Source of the DNA: Candidatus Latescibacterota bacterium | Lineage (GTDB): Bacteria > Latescibacterota > UBA2968 > GCA-2709665 | Reading direction: 5' to 3' | Assembly (NCBI GenBank): GCA_965208835.1 | Contig: OZ242358.1 | Span: 4,704,001-4,768,000 of the forward strand | Length of the DNA: 64,000 bases | Shown here: piece by piece, positions 50,698 through 62,821 of the stretch | How positions within the stretch are numbered: position 1 is the stretch's first letter | Layout of the letters: every line of letters begins with the position of its first letter | The notes under the pieces: generated by a model | Seen by the model: the letters and a program-made list of their open reading frames with translations, nothing else | The model's database searches: none | Told to the model about the DNA's origin: nothing | Made by a program: the position numbers and the translations under genes

Positions 50698-53600
50698 TCA
50701 CGCCGGAACCCGACCCGCCTGACCGTGACACTTCTTGTATTTTTTCCCGCTTCCGCACGGACACGGGTCGTTTCTGCCCACCTTCTGCACCCGAATCGGA
50801 CGTTGTCGGGGCGGCCCCCCTTCCGAAGTGGCGGCGACGGTATCCGACATCGGCGGCGCCTCAACGCCGTGGGCGAATCCCATGCCGGTGGCATCCTGGT
50901 GCGTGAGCGAGACCCGCTGAGGCTGCCGGCCTCCGGGGCTTGTCAGTTCCTCTTCGACCGGAATGCGAAAAAGGGTCTTCAATGTCTCACGGTTGATTTC
51001 GTCAAGGAGATCGACGAACATTTGAAACCCTTCACGCTTGTATTCGATCAGCGGGTCCTTTTGTCCGTATCCCCGCAGGCCGATGCCTTCCTTGAGGTCG
51101 TCCATCTCCCTGAGGTGGTCCTTCCACTTCTCATCGGTTACCCCCAGATAGACCATTCGCTCGATGTCCCGCATCCTTCCCGCGCCGATCAGGCTCTCCC
51201 GGCGCCTGTACGCAGACCTGATTCCATCGAACAATTCATGCCTGAATCCATCCTCCTTCAGTTCGGGCAGCGCCTCGGGAGGCACTTCCGGGACCTGAAG
51301 GAAAATCTGGCGCAGGTCGCGATAGAGCCCGTCCAGATTCCAGTCCTCCTGGGTGCCTTCATCGGGAAGGTGGCTCTCGAACGAAGCGTTCACCACCTCC
51401 TCCATCTCTTCCTCGATCTGCTCGTAGATATTGTGCTGTTCCAGCGCGTGGCGGCGCCGATCGTAGACGACCTCCCGCTGCTGGTTCATCACGTCGTCGT
51501 ATTCCAGGAGATGTTTCCGCACCTCGAAATTCCGGGCTTCCACGCGCTTCTGCGCCCGCTCGATGGATCGGGTCACCATCCGGTGCTCGATCACCTCGCC
51601 GTCTTCGGCGCCCAGCCGGTCCATGATCCGGGCAATCCGCTCGGAGCCGAAGAGCCGCATGAGGTCGTCTTCCAGTGAGATGAAAAACCTTGAATTCCCA
51701 GGGTCGCCCTGCCGGCCGGCCCGTCCACGAAGCTGCCGGTCTATCCGTCTTGCCTCGTGCCGCTCGGTTCCGATGATATGCAGTCCGCAAGGAACGTCAT
51801 CCCGGCAACCGTATTCTTCCAGGTGCGGGCACACCGGATGACCGCCGTTGGTTCCGGGTATCAGCGCGCATTGATGGTCTTGCGGCGCCTTGACCACGCC
51901 ATCGCCCAGTTTGATATCCGTACCTCGACCCGCCATATTGGTGGCAATGGTCACGGCGCCCGGCTGTCCGGCTCTGGCAACGATCTGGGCTTCCTGCTGG
52001 TTGTGACGTGCGTTGAGCACCGAGTGTTTGATCCCCTTGCGCTTTAACATGCGGGATAACAACTCCGACATCTCGACGCTGATGGTACCCACGAGAACAG
52101 GCAGGCTTCTGTCGTTCAGCCGCTCGATCTCGTCCACGATGGCGTTATACTTCTCCCGTTTGGTTCTGAAGATCAGGTCTTCCGAATCGATCCGCCGCAC
52201 AGGTTCGTTCGTAGGCATCACCACGACGTCCAGCTTGTAGATCTGAAACAGTTCCGCCGCCTCGGTTTCGGCAGTTCCCGTCATCCCCGCCAGTTTGTGG
52301 TACAATCGAAAGTAATTCTGCAGTGTAATTGTGGCAATCGTCTGGGTGTCCCGTTCCACCTTGACGCGCTCTTTCGCTTCCAGAGCCTGGTGCAAACCGT
52401 CCGCAAATCGCCGACCCGGCTGGGGACGACCCGTGAATTCGTCGACGATAATCACCTGGCCGCCGTCCACGATATACCTTACATCCTTCTCATAAAGCGT
52501 ATAGGCGACCAGAAGCTGTTGTACGCTGTGAATCGCCTCGCTCTTCCGGGCGTAGTCCTGATAGGCGTCATCCTGGGCTCTGGCCTTCTCGTCCGGCGCA
52601 AGCGCATCGTCCGCCTCGATTTCGTGCAGGACTTCATCCAGGTCCTGAAGCACGAAATCGTCCGGCTTCCGGCTGATCTCAACCCGTCCCTTGTCGGTCA
52701 GGTCGATTACGTGGCTCTTCTCGTCCACGCTGAAGTAGAGGTCTTCGTCAATCTCGCCCATTCGTTTGTCACGCAGATAGTCGGCCTCAACCCGTTGGAT
52801 CAGACGTTTGGTCCCCTCTTCCTGGAGTAATTTCATGAACCGCCGGTTCTTGGGCATCCCCCGTTGAACCTGAAGCAGCCGGATACCCGCCTCGTATTCG
52901 TCCTCTTCAAGGATTTCCTCCGCTTCGTTCAGCGTTCCGGTTACCACCCGCGTCTGCGCACGGACCAACCGCTCCACCAGCGGCCGCATCTCATCGTACC
53001 GTTGATTGTCGGCCTCCGCCACCGCTCCTGAAATAATCAGCGGCGTCCTCGCTTCGTCGATCAGTATGCTGTCGGCCTCGTCGATTATCGCGAAATAATG
53101 TTCGCGCTGCATCAGGTCGTCCGGGCGTACCGCCATGTTGTCGTAAAGATAGTCGAACCCGAACTGGTCCTTCGTGCCGTAGATGACATCCGCCCTGTAG
53201 GCTTCCTGATGATCGCACTCCCGCAGACGGTACCCGCCCTCGCCATCCTCCTCCATGAGATACGCGTCCGCCTCCATGGACCGATCCTGGATGATACCCA
53301 CGCTCATCCCGAGATAGAGATAGACGGGCCCCAGCCACATGGCGTCTCGTTTTGCGAGATAGGAGTTCACCGTAACGAGATGTACGCCCCGTCCCGTCAA
53401 TCCGTTCAGATAAAGCGGCATTCCCGCGACGAGCGTCTTGCCCTCGCCGGTGGCCATCTCGGCTATTTTTCCGTGGTGAAGCACGATACCGCCGAGCAGC
53501 TGTACGTCGTAAGGCACCATATCCCAGACAATGGACTCACCGGCGCGCTCCCACTGTTTCCCGTCCGTTTTGAACCGGCGGCAAACCTCTTTGTAGACCG

Positions 53601-53928
53601 CGTATGCCTCCGGCAAGATTTCCTCCAGAGCTTCCGCCTCGAGTTCCCTGACTTCACCCTCCAGTTCCGAGATTTCGTCCAGCAGCGAAGAGCGATCCAT
53701 TTCCTCCTCGCTCTTCAACTCCTCCCGCATCCCATCGAGCTGTACCGTGTATTCTGCCGTCGCGTCCCGCAGCCTCTGCTTGAATTCGGCCGTCTTGCCG
53801 CGCAGGCTCGCTTCGGAAATGGGAGCGTAAGACTCGCAATGCCCGTTGATTCTCTCGACCGTCGGCCAGAGTTTCTTCAGATCCCGATCGTACTTGGTCC
53901 CGAAGACTTTTTTGATCACGCCCATCAT
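50698..53928 (-). CDS. secA: Preprotein translocase subunit SecA
   Basis: [71 protein letters not shown]. Confidence 0.98.
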   Translation of the reverse strand: MMGVIKKVFGTKYDRDLKKLWPTVERINGHCESYAPISEASLRGKTAEFKQRLRDATAEYTVQLDGMREELKSEEEMDRSSLLDEISELEGEVRELEAEALEEILPEAYAVYKEVCRRFKTDGKQWERAGESIVWDMVPYDVQLLGGIVLHHGKIAEMATGEGKTLVAGMPLYLNGLTGRGVHLVTVNSYLAKRDAMWLGPVYLYLGMSVGIIQDRSMEADAYLMEEDGEGGYRLRECDHQEAYRADVIYGTKDQFGFDYLYDNMAVRPDDLMQREHYFAIIDEADSILIDEARTPLIISGAVAEADNQRYDEMRPLVERLVRAQTRVVTGTLNEAEEILEEDEYEAGIRLLQVQRGMPKNRRFMKLLQEEGTKRLIQRVEADYLRDKRMGEIDEDLYFSVDEKSHVIDLTDKGRVEISRKPDDFVLQDLDEVLHEIEADDALAPDEKARAQDDAYQDYARKSEAIHSVQQLLVAYTLYEKDVRYIVDGGQVIIVDEFTGRPQPGRRFADGLHQALEAKERVKVERDTQTIATITLQNYFRLYHKLAGMTGTAETEAAELFQIYKLDVVVMPTNEPVRRIDSEDLIFRTKREKYNAIVDEIERLNDRSLPVLVGTISVEMSELLSRMLKRKGIKHSVLNARHNQQEAQIVARAGQPGAVTIATNMAGRGTDIKLGDGVVKAPQDHQCALIPGTNGGHPVCPHLEEYGCRDDVPCGLHIIGTERHEARRIDRQLRGRAGRQGDPGNSRFFISLEDDLMRLFGSERIARIMDRLGAEDGEVIEHRMVTRSIERAQKRVEARNFEVRKHLLEYDDVMNQQREVVYDRRRHALEQHNIYEQIEEEMEEVVNASFESHLPDEGTQEDWNLDGLYRDLRQIFLQVPEVPPEALPELKEDGFRHELFDGIRSAYRRRESLIGAGRMRDIERMVYLGVTDEKWKDHLREMDDLKEGIGLRGYGQKDPLIEYKREGFQMFVDLLDEINRETLKTLFRIPVEEELTSPGGRQPQRVSLTHQDATGMGFAHGVEAPPMSDTVAATSEGGPPRQRPIRVQKVGRNDPCPCGSGKKYKKCHGQAGRVPA

Positions 53929-54380
53929 AAGCTGTTATCCACCGATAATCGACAATCCACCGGTTTTTCGATGACTCCCTTCTGCCTGACCAGCGCATCC
54001 AGAATTCCGTTGATGAACGTAGGCGCCTTCTCCACGCTGTACCGCTTTGCGAGTTCAATCGCTTCGTTCATCGATACCTTGACCGGAATATTGTCGAATG
54101 CGAGCATTTCCGTAAGCGCCATCCACAGCAGGATCCGGTCGATCCTCGAGATGCGATCCAGTGCCCAGTTTCTGGATATCCCCTCTACCAGACCGTTCAG
54201 CTCTTCTTTCCGCGTCCAGGTCTCCCGGCCAAGCGCATGGGCGAATTCGGCGGCGTCCTCCGTCAACCCGGCGCGAAGCGCGACGGCGTCGAGCGTCCGT
54301 TGTACGGGGTCTCCCGAACTCTCGCTCCAGTACAGCGCCTGCAGCGTAACTTCACGGGCTTTTCGTCGAGAACCCGTCAT
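53925..54380 (-). CDS. nusB: Transcription antitermination factor NusB
   Basis: [34 protein letters not shown]; ATGA overlap with ribH. Confidence 0.95.
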   Translation of the reverse strand: MTGSRRKAREVTLQALYWSESSGDPVQRTLDAVALRAGLTEDAAEFAHALGRETWTRKEELNGLVEGISRNWALDRISRIDRILLWMALTEMLAFDNIPVKVSMNEAIELAKRYSVEKAPTFINGILDALVRQKGVIEKPVDCRLSVDNSL

Positions 54381-54856
54381 GCGTCTTCTTCGTTCAAGGA
54401 TGCCAACAGATTTACCATCTCGACAGCGGCAAGGGCGACCTCCCATCCCTTGTTGCCGGCCTTGGTTCCCGCCCTTTCGATCGCCTGTTCGATCGTATCG
54501 GTTGTCAGAACGCCAAACAGACATGGCACACCCGACTCCAGCCCGACCGATGCGATCCCCCTGGAGACCTCGTTGGCCACATAATCGAAGTGGGGAGTAC
54601 TCCCTCGAATCACGGCGCCCAGGCAGATCACCGCGTCGTAACGTCCGCTACGCGCCATTTTCCCGGCCACCAGTGGAATCTCGAACGAACCCGGAACCCG
54701 GACCACATCGACATCATCCGGTTCGCCTCCATGTCGTCTCAGGCAATCCTCGGCGCCTTCCAGCAACTGCTTGCTGACCAGGCTGTTGAATCGACTCACC
54801 ACAATGCCGAATCGTTTGCCATCCGCGCGCAATCCACCTTCAATCGTTCTGGCCAT
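54377..54856 (-). CDS. ribH: 6,7-dimethyl-8-ribityllumazine synthase
   Basis: [38 protein letters not shown]. Confidence 0.96.
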   Translation of the reverse strand: MARTIEGGLRADGKRFGIVVSRFNSLVSKQLLEGAEDCLRRHGGEPDDVDVVRVPGSFEIPLVAGKMARSGRYDAVICLGAVIRGSTPHFDYVANEVSRGIASVGLESGVPCLFGVLTTDTIEQAIERAGTKAGNKGWEVALAAVEMVNLLASLNEEDA

Positions 54857-56114
54857 ACGTTTCCTCCGGGGAGCCATCGGCCAACTTCAGATCTTCTTCG
54901 TCAAATATGTGTCCCATCTTCTTCTGTTTGGTACGCAGATACCGGATATTCCACGGCGTCGATACAATCTTGACGGGGACCCGCTCCACGATTTCGATCC
55001 CGTAAGCCTCCAGCCCCACGCGCTTGGCGGGGTTGTTGGTGATCAACCGGGCTTTCCTGACGCCAAGGTCCAACAGAATCTGCGCGCCGATGCCGTAATC
55101 CCGCTCGTCCATCTTGAATCCGAGCTTCAGATTCGCCTCTACCGTATCATAGCCTTCTTCCTGAAGCTGGTATGCATTGATCTTTGCGCGCAAGCCGATG
55201 CCGCGACCCTCCTGGCGCATGTAGACAACCGCGCCACGACCCTCCCGCTCGATCATTTCGATCGCCGAATGCAGATTCGTGCAGCAGTCGCACCTCAGCG
55301 ACCCGAATGTGTCGCCCGTGAGACACTCGGAGTGCATCCGCACCAATACCGGATCTACCGCTGTCAGCGTTCCCTTGGAAAGCGCCACGTGATCCCGCCT
55401 GTCGACTTCGCTATCGTAGAGATGAAGCTTGAACTCCCCGAACCGGGTGGGGAGGCGGACCGTCTCCAGACACTCGACCAGCTTTTCCGAACGGCGCCGG
55501 TACGCAATCAGATCGCGGATGGTGATGATCCTCAGGCTGAACTTCCTGGCCATTTCGACAAGCTGCGGCAGCCGCGCCATCGTCCCGTCGGGATTCAGGA
55601 TTTCGCACAGGACGCCTGCAGGATAGAGGCCCGCGAGCCGCGCCAGGTCCACAGTCGCCTCCGTGTGCCCGGCCCGCCGTAACACACCTCCCGGACGGGC
55701 GGATAAAGGAAAGACGTGGCCGGGTCTGGCAAAATCGGGAGGCCGGGCGTCCGGATCCGCAAATCGCTGAATTGTAACCGCACGATCCTGCGCCGAGATC
55801 CCGGTCGTTGTGCCCTCAACCGCGTCGATGCTGACCGTGAAAGGGGTTCCATGCAACGCGGTATTCTTGCCCACCATCATCTCCAGTTCCAACTCCTGCA
55901 ACCGTTCCGGCGTTGCCGGGAGGCAGACCAGCCCGCGCCCGTGAAGGGCCATGAAGTTGATGATTTCGGGCGTGACCTTTTCCGCCGCCGTGATCAGATC
56001 CCCCTCGTTTTCACGGTCCTCATCGTCCACGACAATCACGAGCTTGCCCGCCCGGATGTCGTCCAGCGCTTCCTCGATGGACGCGATATGGAATCCGTCG
56101 TCGACCTCAGACAT
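54840..56114 (-). CDS. ribBA: Bifunctional DHBP synthase / GTP cyclohydrolase II
   Basis: [27 protein letters not shown]...[12 protein letters not shown]. Confidence 0.96.
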   Translation of the reverse strand: MSEVDDGFHIASIEEALDDIRAGKLVIVVDDEDRENEGDLITAAEKVTPEIINFMALHGRGLVCLPATPERLQELELEMMVGKNTALHGTPFTVSIDAVEGTTTGISAQDRAVTIQRFADPDARPPDFARPGHVFPLSARPGGVLRRAGHTEATVDLARLAGLYPAGVLCEILNPDGTMARLPQLVEMARKFSLRIITIRDLIAYRRRSEKLVECLETVRLPTRFGEFKLHLYDSEVDRRDHVALSKGTLTAVDPVLVRMHSECLTGDTFGSLRCDCCTNLHSAIEMIEREGRGAVVYMRQEGRGIGLRAKINAYQLQEEGYDTVEANLKLGFKMDERDYGIGAQILLDLGVRKARLITNNPAKRVGLEAYGIEIVERVPVKIVSTPWNIRYLRTKQKKMGHIFDEEDLKLADGSPEETYGQND

Positions 56115-56173
56115 GAAATGCCGCTCCCGGCGAAGTAAAAGTTAAAGATGTACAGGTCGAGGTTCCACGATTC

Positions 56174-56827
56174 TCACGAAACCCCTTCTCTTTCGCTTCC
56201 AATCCCCACGTTCCGAAACGTCGCGAGATTTCCGTTCTCCGTGCGTCCGATAAGCCTTTCCAGGTACCGCGCCACCAGGTCGACCTCCAGATTGACCGCG
56301 TCGCCGACCCGGCGTTCGCCGATCGTCGTGGCTTCCATCGTATGCGGAATGACCGTCACTGTAAAATCTCGCGCACCGGCGGACACAATCGTCAGACTGA
56401 TGCCGTCTACGGCGATCGATCCCTTGTCGGCCAGATACGCGGCGAGTTCGGCCTGCATCCCAATCCGGAACACCATGTTGTCCGACCAACGCCTGCGTTC
56501 CAGCACCCTGCCCATCCCATCCACATGACCGGCTACCAGATGGCCGCCCAGGCGATCCGACAGCTTCATTGACCGTTCCAGATTTACCCTGTCTCCCGTT
56601 TTCAGCCTTCCAAGAGTCGTCCGTTCCAGGGTCTCAGAGACGGACTCGAACGAAAACGACCGGCGCTCCGCTTCGACAACGGTGTGGCAGGCGCCGTCGA
56701 TGGATATGCTGTCGCCGATTGAGACATCCTCCAGCACACGCTTCGCTTCCACCGTCGTTCGCTGATACCCCTTCCGCCTCTGAATCGCGCGCACCAGCCC
56801 CACTTCCTCGACAATCCCGGTAAACAT
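56174..56827 (-). CDS. ribE: Riboflavin synthase (alpha)
   Basis: MFTGIV, VNLER, GGHLVAGHVD, KGSIAVDGISLT, IPHT. Confidence 0.95.
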   Translation of the reverse strand: MFTGIVEEVGLVRAIQRRKGYQRTTVEAKRVLEDVSIGDSISIDGACHTVVEAERRSFSFESVSETLERTTLGRLKTGDRVNLERSMKLSDRLGGHLVAGHVDGMGRVLERRRWSDNMVFRIGMQAELAAYLADKGSIAVDGISLTIVSAGARDFTVTVIPHTMEATTIGERRVGDAVNLEVDLVARYLERLIGRTENGNLATFRNVGIGSEREGVS

Positions 56828-56915
56828 CGAGACCATCCTTTCGCGGGCCTCGTGGACTCAACAAACCCGAGCAGTGCCGGACAAAGGATCCGAGGCTGCC
56901 GTCCCGGCGCCCGGT

Positions 56916-58015
56916 TTATGTAGCCCGCGGCAGAACTGCATCGCCCTTCAGCCGTGCCGTGTAGAACAAGTCGCGGCCGGTCCAATCCACATCGACCTCA
57001 TTCAGAAGAATCGCATCGGCTATTCTTGTAATTCCCAGGTCGCCCACCGACTCAATCCCTTTTCCCAGAATCGCCGGGGCGATAAACACCGCCAGGCGGT
57101 CGACCAACCGGTCGCGCATCGCCGAAGCAGCCACCGTGCCCCCACCTTCGATCAACACGTGGGTTATGCCTTCGGCGCCCGCCCGGGAAAGTACGTCCCG
57201 AAGCATGGGCCTACCATTCTTTGGGGTACAGACCCATACGCGCGCGCCGCGCTCCTCCATCGCTTCGATTTTTTTTTTGAAACCCCGTGCGCGGCGGCGA
57301 AAATCAGCGCCTCCCCGTCGAATATCCTTGCGTCTCTTGAAATCTCAAGGCGACTGTCCAGCACGATTTTTGCCGGATCGGGACCGTCCGCGTGCCGAAC
57401 CGACAGCGCCGGATCGTCCGCGTCGACAGTCCCCCGACCGACCAGGACCGCGGACGCTTCAGCACGCAGCCCGTGGGCCTTTACCCTGGATGCGCCAGAC
57501 GAAATCCATTTCGATTCGCCCGATGCCGTCGCGATCCGACCGTCGAGGGTCTGCGCCAGCTTCAGGGTAACGAATGGAAAGCCCGTTGTGCGGTGTTTTA
57601 CGTAAGCCTCGTTCAGCCGACGCGCCTCTTCCTCTAGTACGCCAACCTCCACCCGTACACCGGCCTCCCGCAACCGGGCGATGCCTCTGCCGGAAACCCG
57701 TCGGTCCGGGTCCACCATGCCGCATACGACCCTCGCAACCCCTCTTTTGATCAACAAATCGACACACGGCGGCGTACGGCCGGTATGGGCGCAAGGTTCG
57801 AGGGTCACGTACAGCGTAACATTGGGGGTTCCGTCGGCCAACCCTTCAAGCGCGTATACCTCCGCGTGCGGTTTTCCGGATTCAGGGTAATACCCCTTTC
57901 CAACAACCTGCCCGTCCCGAACCGTCACCGCACCCACCAGAGCGCCGTCCCGTACCCGACCGCGTCCATTTTCGGCCAGCGACAACGCCAGCCTCATATA
58001 GTCCACATCCGTCAT
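56916..58015 (-). pseudogene. ribD: RibD deaminase/reductase, frameshifted at an A10 tract (57269-57278); may be a sequencing artefact
   Basis: 5' ORF has HAE, TLEPC...TPPC, KLAQTLDG; 3' ORF in another frame has LIEGGG, FIAP; junction is the homopolymer. Confidence 0.85.
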
Positions 58016-58063
58016 ATACTGACCTGTATCGCCGGGAAGGTGAAACGCAAAGCGTGGACGGGC

Positions 58064-60133
58064 CTATTCAAGATCGATCGTCGCTGTGCCCACGCCCACG
58101 TTGCCCAGCGCATCGGTCGCTCGTACGACGACAGTATATTCTCCCGCCGCCAGATCCTGGATTTCGAAACGCAAGGTCTCCGTCCTGGAGTCGAAAATAC
58201 GATCAACAGGAAAGATCACCTTCCATTCACCTGAATTCACCGCATAGGCCGCACTCCAGAGCGGGCTCGCAGCGTCGTTCAGCGATCCCTGGACTTGTAC
58301 TGACCCGCCCGCCGGCCGTATCTGCAGCACCACGGAGGGCGGTGTGTGGTCAAGATCGAACGGCTGGCTGACCATCTCGCCAACCAGCGCGAGTTCCTCC
58401 GGATTGGTCAACCTGTCCGATGCCACCACGCGGACCAGCATCGTCCCCTCGGGCGCGGACTCGGTATGCCACTCGTAGGAATTGGTGCGGAGATCTTCCT
58501 TCAGCAGTTTCCAATTCTTCTCGGGCAGACCCCGATAGTACAACGTGTACACCAGCGCGTCGTTATTCGCGTCTTCCGCTTTCCATGCGATCCGCCAGAG
58601 GCCTTTCGAGTTACCCGGCGCGTTTCGACCATTTCCCGTGTCCTTCGGCGAAGCGCCGTTTCCCTGGGCCTCAACGGGCGAGGCGACGAGTGCGAGGACC
58701 CGCGGGCCCATGTTTTCCTGGAGTCCCACAAGACTTACCTCGCGAATCGTGGGCGTGGTCTCGCCCGCCTCCGATCTCAACTCGGCTCGATACTGCAGGA
58801 ACCTGGCGGGCGGACTGTGTATCTGTCCCCCCTGGGAGACCGAAGACCATTCACTCCAGGTGTTGTCCGGTTTCTCGCTGTTTCCCGAACGGGTCTTGAA
58901 TTGAATGGATGCATCCGGGGCGGGTTGTGAATCCCAGGTAATCTTACCCCATCCGGATACGAGGTGAAAATCCCTCACCCTGGATTCCAGCCTGCCTTCG
59001 CGCGCGTACGCCTTAGCCAACCGATACACTCTCCCGCCTCCCGCGGTTCCCAGCCAGAAATCCCCGGACTCGGACCCGCAGAACGCCCACGGTTGTAAGT
59101 CTTTCAGGCGGGTCAGCAGCGTGGCCCGGCCGGACAGGTCCAAACGATAGATGCTCCCCTTGTCTCCCGTGAGCACCGTAATGTTCCGATCATCCGCATG
59201 TAATGCCAGAAGCATCGGCTCGTCCACCGCCCAGAGACGCACCGTCGCACCCGATGGACGTATCGCATAAAGCACGGAACCCTGTTGGGACGCAGAGGAC
59301 CCCTGGCCCTTTGCGGTTTGCTGGGATCCACCCTTTCCGCCCCCTTTGGAACGCCTGGACATTGCACCCGCGAACAGGACTCCGTCCGGTCCCATCGCCA
59401 GGGCGCGGATTTCATCTTCCGACGCGTCGTACAGTACTTCCACTTCACCTATTGCGTTGACACGGTAGACCAGCCCGCTCTGGTCCGTGCCGGCGTACAC
59501 CTGGCCGTGGGCGTCCCGAATCAGCGACACCACATTGTGGTCATCGCTTTGATAGACTTCGTCAACCTTTCCGTCCTTGGAGATACGCAGGATGCGCCCG
59601 TGTCTGCCGCCGGTGGCTGCGTACAGGCCTCCCTTTCCGTCCACAGCCAGCGCCCAGACGTGTTCGTCTCCGGTTCGACAGAACGTCTCGGGTTCTTTGC
59701 CCGGAACAATCCGGTATACGATCCCGTCCGGTGATGAGCCGGCATAAAGTGTCCCGTCCGTTCCGACGGCAAGACTGAAGATGGCCACTTCGGGAGAGTC
59801 GAAGAGGAGCGTGGGCTCTCCGGAGCCATCAAATGCAAAGATCTTTCCGCCATTGCCCGTTGCAATATACAGACGACCGCCTCGCCCCTCCGCGAGCGCC
59901 CACACGAATTCTTCTCCCGTATTCGCCGCAGCCTGCAATTCGGGCGCCAGCAACACCGCGCCTTCTCTCGTTATCGAGACGCCGTCGGCTTCGCCCCTGG
60001 CGAAAGCTTTCTGCGAGTGGTCGCGCCACACGATCGGCTCGACGCCGTCCGCTGAAATCGGAAGGCAGTTGAGAACGATGCAGAGGCTAATCAGCAAAAT
60101 CCGGTTGATCACATTTCCGTTTTCCCGATCCAA
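58064..60133 (-). CDS. Secreted beta-propeller repeat protein with C-terminal Ig/FN3-like domains
   Basis: Signal peptide; repeats (W/S)LA...G.LY(A/I)(A/G)T...G.(I/V)YR(I/V); beta-rich C-terminus. Confidence 0.75.
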   Translation of the reverse strand: MDRENGNVINRILLISLCIVLNCLPISADGVEPIVWRDHSQKAFARGEADGVSITREGAVLLAPELQAAANTGEEFVWALAEGRGGRLYIATGNGGKIFAFDGSGEPTLLFDSPEVAIFSLAVGTDGTLYAGSSPDGIVYRIVPGKEPETFCRTGDEHVWALAVDGKGGLYAATGGRHGRILRISKDGKVDEVYQSDDHNVVSLIRDAHGQVYAGTDQSGLVYRVNAIGEVEVLYDASEDEIRALAMGPDGVLFAGAMSRRSKGGGKGGSQQTAKGQGSSASQQGSVLYAIRPSGATVRLWAVDEPMLLALHADDRNITVLTGDKGSIYRLDLSGRATLLTRLKDLQPWAFCGSESGDFWLGTAGGGRVYRLAKAYAREGRLESRVRDFHLVSGWGKITWDSQPAPDASIQFKTRSGNSEKPDNTWSEWSSVSQGGQIHSPPARFLQYRAELRSEAGETTPTIREVSLVGLQENMGPRVLALVASPVEAQGNGASPKDTGNGRNAPGNSKGLWRIAWKAEDANNDALVYTLYYRGLPEKNWKLLKEDLRTNSYEWHTESAPEGTMLVRVVASDRLTNPEELALVGEMVSQPFDLDHTPPSVVLQIRPAGGSVQVQGSLNDAASPLWSAAYAVNSGEWKVIFPVDRIFDSRTETLRFEIQDLAAGEYTVVVRATDALGNVGVGTATIDLE

Positions 60134-60281
60134 CAGCCTGATCTCCTATCCTTCCGAATCGTCCGTTCCCGCCGGTTGTCCTTGCCGGGCCGATTGCGGT
60201 CCATTCGCACAGGGAGCGCCGATCGCGTCCGCGAAAGGCTCCCAACGCCCGGGCGTCCGGAGGCGGCGATCCCGGGATCAC

Positions 60282-62087
60282 CTACTTCCCTTTTTCGCCA
60301 GCGCTTCCACCCCCGGCGAAAATGACGCCGTTTGGTTTCCTGTTCACGTTCAGTACGACGATCTGACTTCCCGACAGCACATAGTCCGTTGGAATCCGTG
60401 CTCTCTGCACGACTGTCTGCCGAACCTGTTTTACCGCATCGGACGAGCGGGAAAATTGAAGCGCCGAGAGCACCGACGACGGCAGCCTTGACACCTCCCG
60501 TCCCTCGATCGTCACGCCCTGAGCCCCGGACAGCAGTTCAACAACCATTTCGTTGTTCCGGCCGGCGCGCCCCAGCAGGCGGATGAGATGATCCAGGTTT
60601 CTGGCGCTGTATTCACCCGGCGCTCGCTTGGCCTCCTGTTTCACGTGGGCGGATGCGCTGGAAACCCTGAGAACCAGCCGGCCGCCCGGCGTTTGATTCG
60701 GAATGACCATGGCTTCCTCGACCTGCCGCAGTCCTCCCCAGTAGGGCCGCAATGAAACCGTGACACGCACCGTATCGCCCGGCTGGAACGATGTCTTCTG
60801 CAATCCGATAGCCTGGATGTGGGCGGTGTGCGCCCTTTCGGCTTCCACATCCAGGTCGAAGGTGACCCGCTCGATCCTGATCGGCTGGAACGGATTCCGG
60901 ATCAGGTTCGCGAACGGCGTGGTGACCCCCAGTACGGCACTACCCAGCCCCAATGCGCCGGCATAGACGTTCTCGGCCTCCACCGATGGACGTCCATTCA
61001 GGTCGATTCTTACACGGGATTTCACCGTCACCTCGCCCGTCAGCTTCTCGGACGAAACCATCGCGCTGAAGACCGCGATCCGCAATAGAGTCGGACTGAG
61101 GTCGCGGTCTCGCAAGACCTCCATCCGGAACTGCGCTTCCTTGCCCGGCGAACGCAAGTTGATCTGTACGGGCATCATGTCAACTTCGAGGCCGATGGTG
61201 CCGGCGATGCCGGGGGCTCGATCCTGAACGATGGCGCCCATGGTCCGCCCGGCCACTCCCAGCTTGAACGACGCAGACTGGCTGGGCAACACTTCGTGAA
61301 TATAGGCTCCCGTCATCGGAAACGCAGTCGCACCGCCAAAAATCATGGAATGCCCGAATCCGACCACCCGATCCCCATCCCGATGGGTCAGCGTTCCGAT
61401 TCCCGTCACGCTGAGGTCGCCCCGTACCAGCTGCACGCCAAGGGCGGCGCCAGGTTCGAACCCACCCGCGGGCAGGCCGGGATCCACGCCGCCACCCCCC
61501 TGGACCGGCGTCCATCCTAAATCCGAAAACGCCTGTCGAAAATCTTCGACCGCCTGCGGCGCAAAACCGGAAATCACGATCGGAAGGCTGATCGGCGTCA
61601 ACTCCGCCGCATCCATACCCGCGAGATCGATCAGTCGCCGCGCGCCGGCTTTCGTCAGGCGGGCCGTCGAGCTGACGCCTTCAGGTGCTGCCGGCCGGTT
61701 GAACAGATCAACCATTGCGGCAATCGGCGTAATGCCGGCGATGGGTTCCTTGGCAAAAGCGCCAACCCGATACGATACCGCGCCGATCAGCTTGCCATCG
61801 ACGTAAACCGGACTGCCGCTCATCCCCAGGATCACTCCCGTATTGGACAGGGGGCCGCCGGACAGCCGGGCCAGAATCAGATCGCTACGTGGACCGATCG
61901 CATTGTGCAATACACCCAGAATCTCGACCTGAAACGTATCAATTCGCGTTCCCTGGAAGACCGTCCGGCCGATGCCCTGCATCCCTCTGCGGAGTTCTTC
62001 GACGGGCATTGTCTCCACGGCCGCCCGGGCATTGCCGGCAACAGCGCACCACAACACAGCGGGCAGCGATATCTTCAGCAGACGCAT
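60282..62087 (-). CDS. SpoIVB-like peptidase S55 domain protein
   Basis: Signal peptide; F.VEILGV, GVILGMSGSPV..DGKLIGAV, FGH. Confidence 0.85.
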   Translation of the reverse strand: MRLLKISLPAVLWCAVAGNARAAVETMPVEELRRGMQGIGRTVFQGTRIDTFQVEILGVLHNAIGPRSDLILARLSGGPLSNTGVILGMSGSPVYVDGKLIGAVSYRVGAFAKEPIAGITPIAAMVDLFNRPAAPEGVSSTARLTKAGARRLIDLAGMDAAELTPISLPIVISGFAPQAVEDFRQAFSDLGWTPVQGGGGVDPGLPAGGFEPGAALGVQLVRGDLSVTGIGTLTHRDGDRVVGFGHSMIFGGATAFPMTGAYIHEVLPSQSASFKLGVAGRTMGAIVQDRAPGIAGTIGLEVDMMPVQINLRSPGKEAQFRMEVLRDRDLSPTLLRIAVFSAMVSSEKLTGEVTVKSRVRIDLNGRPSVEAENVYAGALGLGSAVLGVTTPFANLIRNPFQPIRIERVTFDLDVEAERAHTAHIQAIGLQKTSFQPGDTVRVTVSLRPYWGGLRQVEEAMVIPNQTPGGRLVLRVSSASAHVKQEAKRAPGEYSARNLDHLIRLLGRAGRNNEMVVELLSGAQGVTIEGREVSRLPSSVLSALQFSRSSDAVKQVRQTVVQRARIPTDYVLSGSQIVVLNVNRKPNGVIFAGGGSAGEKGK

Positions 62088-62289
62088 CACGACGCACACC
62101 CTTTCTCGTCGATCGGTACGGGAGCCACGAAATCTACTGCGCGCCTTCGGAAAAGTCAAGCGCTGCAACGGCCTAAGTAATTGCAAATTAACATCCGAAC
62201 CCTGTTTTGTTTCCCCAGATATAATACCCGTTTTCGCAATATGGAACAAGCCCCTTGTGCAAATCGGATCTTGTCCTTATCATAACCCA

Positions 62290-62760
62290 ATGCAAATCTT
62301 GCTGCTGGCGGTTGGCAAATGCCGAAAGCCGTATCTGAGAGTTGGTGTCTCGGACTACATCGATCGCATCCGGAGATACGCCAGCCTGGAGCATATCGAA
62401 GTCAAAGAGGAACCGACACCGGGGAGGGGTACCGCTCCGAACGGCCTCTGCAAGGAAGGCGAACGTATTCTCCGACGGGTTCCGCAGAACGCATCTATAA
62501 TTGCTCTGGACCCGGCCGGGGAGTCCTGCAGTTCCGATGGCCTCGCCCGGCGCATCTCCAGAATCGGTCTGGAAGGAACTGGTCGAATCGCGTTTGTCGT
62601 TGGCGGTCCATCCGGCCTTGCCGCCCGGGTTATCCGGCGCGCTGACTGGCGCCTTTCGCTTTCTTCCCTTACCTTTCCGCACGAGATCGCCCGTCTGGTT
62701 CTCCTGGAACAGATCTACAGGGCGTTTACCATCATGCGCGGCGAACCGTATCACAGGTAG
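62290..62760 (+). CDS. rlmH: 23S rRNA (pseudouridine1915-N3)-methyltransferase
   Basis: LLAVGK, FVVGGPSG, SLSSLTFPH, EQIYRA, GEPYHR. Confidence 0.95.
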   Translation: MQILLLAVGKCRKPYLRVGVSDYIDRIRRYASLEHIEVKEEPTPGRGTAPNGLCKEGERILRRVPQNASIIALDPAGESCSSDGLARRISRIGLEGTGRIAFVVGGPSGLAARVIRRADWRLSLSSLTFPHEIARLVLLEQIYRAFTIMRGEPYHR

Positions 62761-62821
62761 TCGTCGCAGCAGCCGGACCCGTAACACCGTGGCAGGCGCT
62801 CTTCCGCCGGCCGGCCGAAAC

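Noticed and set aside
53935-53943. DnaA-box-like TTATCCACC
   Set aside because: Single mismatched copy inside coding sequence, no origin features
53098-54777. 559-aa plus-strand ORF
   Set aside because: Antisense shadow of secA/nusB/ribH
58016-58063. FMN riboswitch ahead of the rib operon
   Set aside because: Only 48 bp of intergenic space and no RFN consensus
62740-62820. rlmH 3' end as an island integration site (orfX-like)
   Set aside because: No recombinase and no duplicated att sequence in the window
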